A DNA stretch of 5,505 nt, taken from IMG/VR virus record IMGVR_UViG_2690316184_000003. One strand, given 5' to 3'. The DNA is from a virus (taxonomy: Duplodnaviria; Heunggongvirae; Uroviricota; Caudoviricetes). Both the position numbers and the translations under genes were made by a program. Shown here piece by piece: positions 5,024-5,505 of this stretch (position 1 is its first letter; every line of letters starts with the position of its first letter). The notes beneath the pieces were generated by a model. That model worked only from the letters and a program-made list of their open reading frames with translations. It was not told the DNA's origin and did not search any database.

Positions 5024-5505
5024 ATGAACGCAAAAATCAGATACAGCCTGTCGGCTACTGTACTAGTGCTGATTGGTGCAGGCGCGTCTGCTCCTCAAAT
5101 ACTTGACCAGTTTCTGGACGAAAAAGAAGGTAACCACACAACGGCATACCGTGATGGTTCCGGCATCTGGACCATCTGTCGGGGTGCCACGATGGTGGAT
5201 GGAAAACCCGTTTTTCCCGGTATGAAACTGTCGAAGGAAAAATGCGACCAGGTTAACGCCATCGAACGTGATAAGGCGCTGGCATGGGTGGAACGTAATA
5301 TTAAAGTACCACTGACCGAACCACAAAAAGCGGGTATCGCGTCATTTTGCCCCTATAACATTGGCCCCGGTAAGTGTTTCCCGTCGACGTTTTATAAGCG
5401 GCTTAATGCCGGTGATCGTAAAGGTGCCTGTGAGTCGATTCGCTGGTGCACATCAAAGCAGTCTGTCAGTCAGTGCGTGAAGCCACCACCGCCTCCGGCG
5501 TGGAT
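5024..5505 (+). CDS. R: Endolysin, GH24 (T4/P22-type) lysozyme with N-terminal hydrophobic SAR/signal-like segment; 3' partial (runs off the window)
   Basis: Translated by hand: MNAKIRYSLSATVLVLIGAGASAPQILDQFLDEKEGNHTTAYRDGSGIWTICRGATMVDGKPV...VPLTEPQKAGIASFCPYNIGPGKCF.... It shows the E...D...T catalytic pattern and overall similarity to P22 gp19-type lysozymes as I recall them. The hydrophobic N-terminus fits a SAR endolysin paired with a pinholin. No stop before 5505, which is why it is missing from the ORF track. Confidence 0.85.
   Translation, partial: MNAKIRYSLSATVLVLIGAGASAPQILDQFLDEKEGNHTTAYRDGSGIWTICRGATMVDGKPVFPGMKLSKEKCDQVNAIERDKALAWVERNIKVPLTEPQKAGIASFCPYNIGPGKCFPSTFYKRLNAGDRKGACESIRWCTSKQSVSQCVKPPPPPAW

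Noticed and set aside
5063-5326. Minus-strand 87-aa ORF inside the endolysin gene
   Set aside because: Antisense to a clearly recognisable lysozyme coding frame.
5440-5505. Unusual endolysin C-terminal stretch (CTSKQSVSQCVKPPPPPAW) at the window edge
   Set aside because: Lysozyme C-termini vary and the gene is truncated by the window, so a frameshift or fusion cannot be judged without downstream sequence.

Overview
This window reads as the late-control and lysis region of a lambdoid prophage (enterobacterial, E. coli-like), all on the + strand. It runs: a lambda-family antiterminator Q gene (start codon just outside the window), then a lambda-like PR' promoter with an AACGATGGG pause-type element and a short-range terminator (tR'-like), then ~3.3 kb of cargo, then the lysis cassette. 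The cargo is (a) an AT-rich 176-aa ORF of unknown function with its own strong terminator, (b) a small PapI/FaeA-like winged-helix ORF followed by a beta-class (DPPY...FxGxG) amino-DNA methyltransferase, and (c) a ~1.1 kb ORF-poor, hairpin-dense stretch with four intrinsic terminators and candidate small-RNA units. The lysis cassette is a dual-start S21-like pinholin, a small coupled ORF, a well-formed antisense ORF, and a GH24 lysozyme-type endolysin truncated by the window end. No tRNA, rRNA, CRISPR array, transposase or toxin gene was found. Everything rests on reading the sequence and on protein families recalled from memory; no searches were run. The most promising candidates for something undescribed are the AT-rich ORF after tR', the PapI-like/methyltransferase pair, the structured non-coding elements at 3172-3650, and the antisense ORF inside the lysis cassette.
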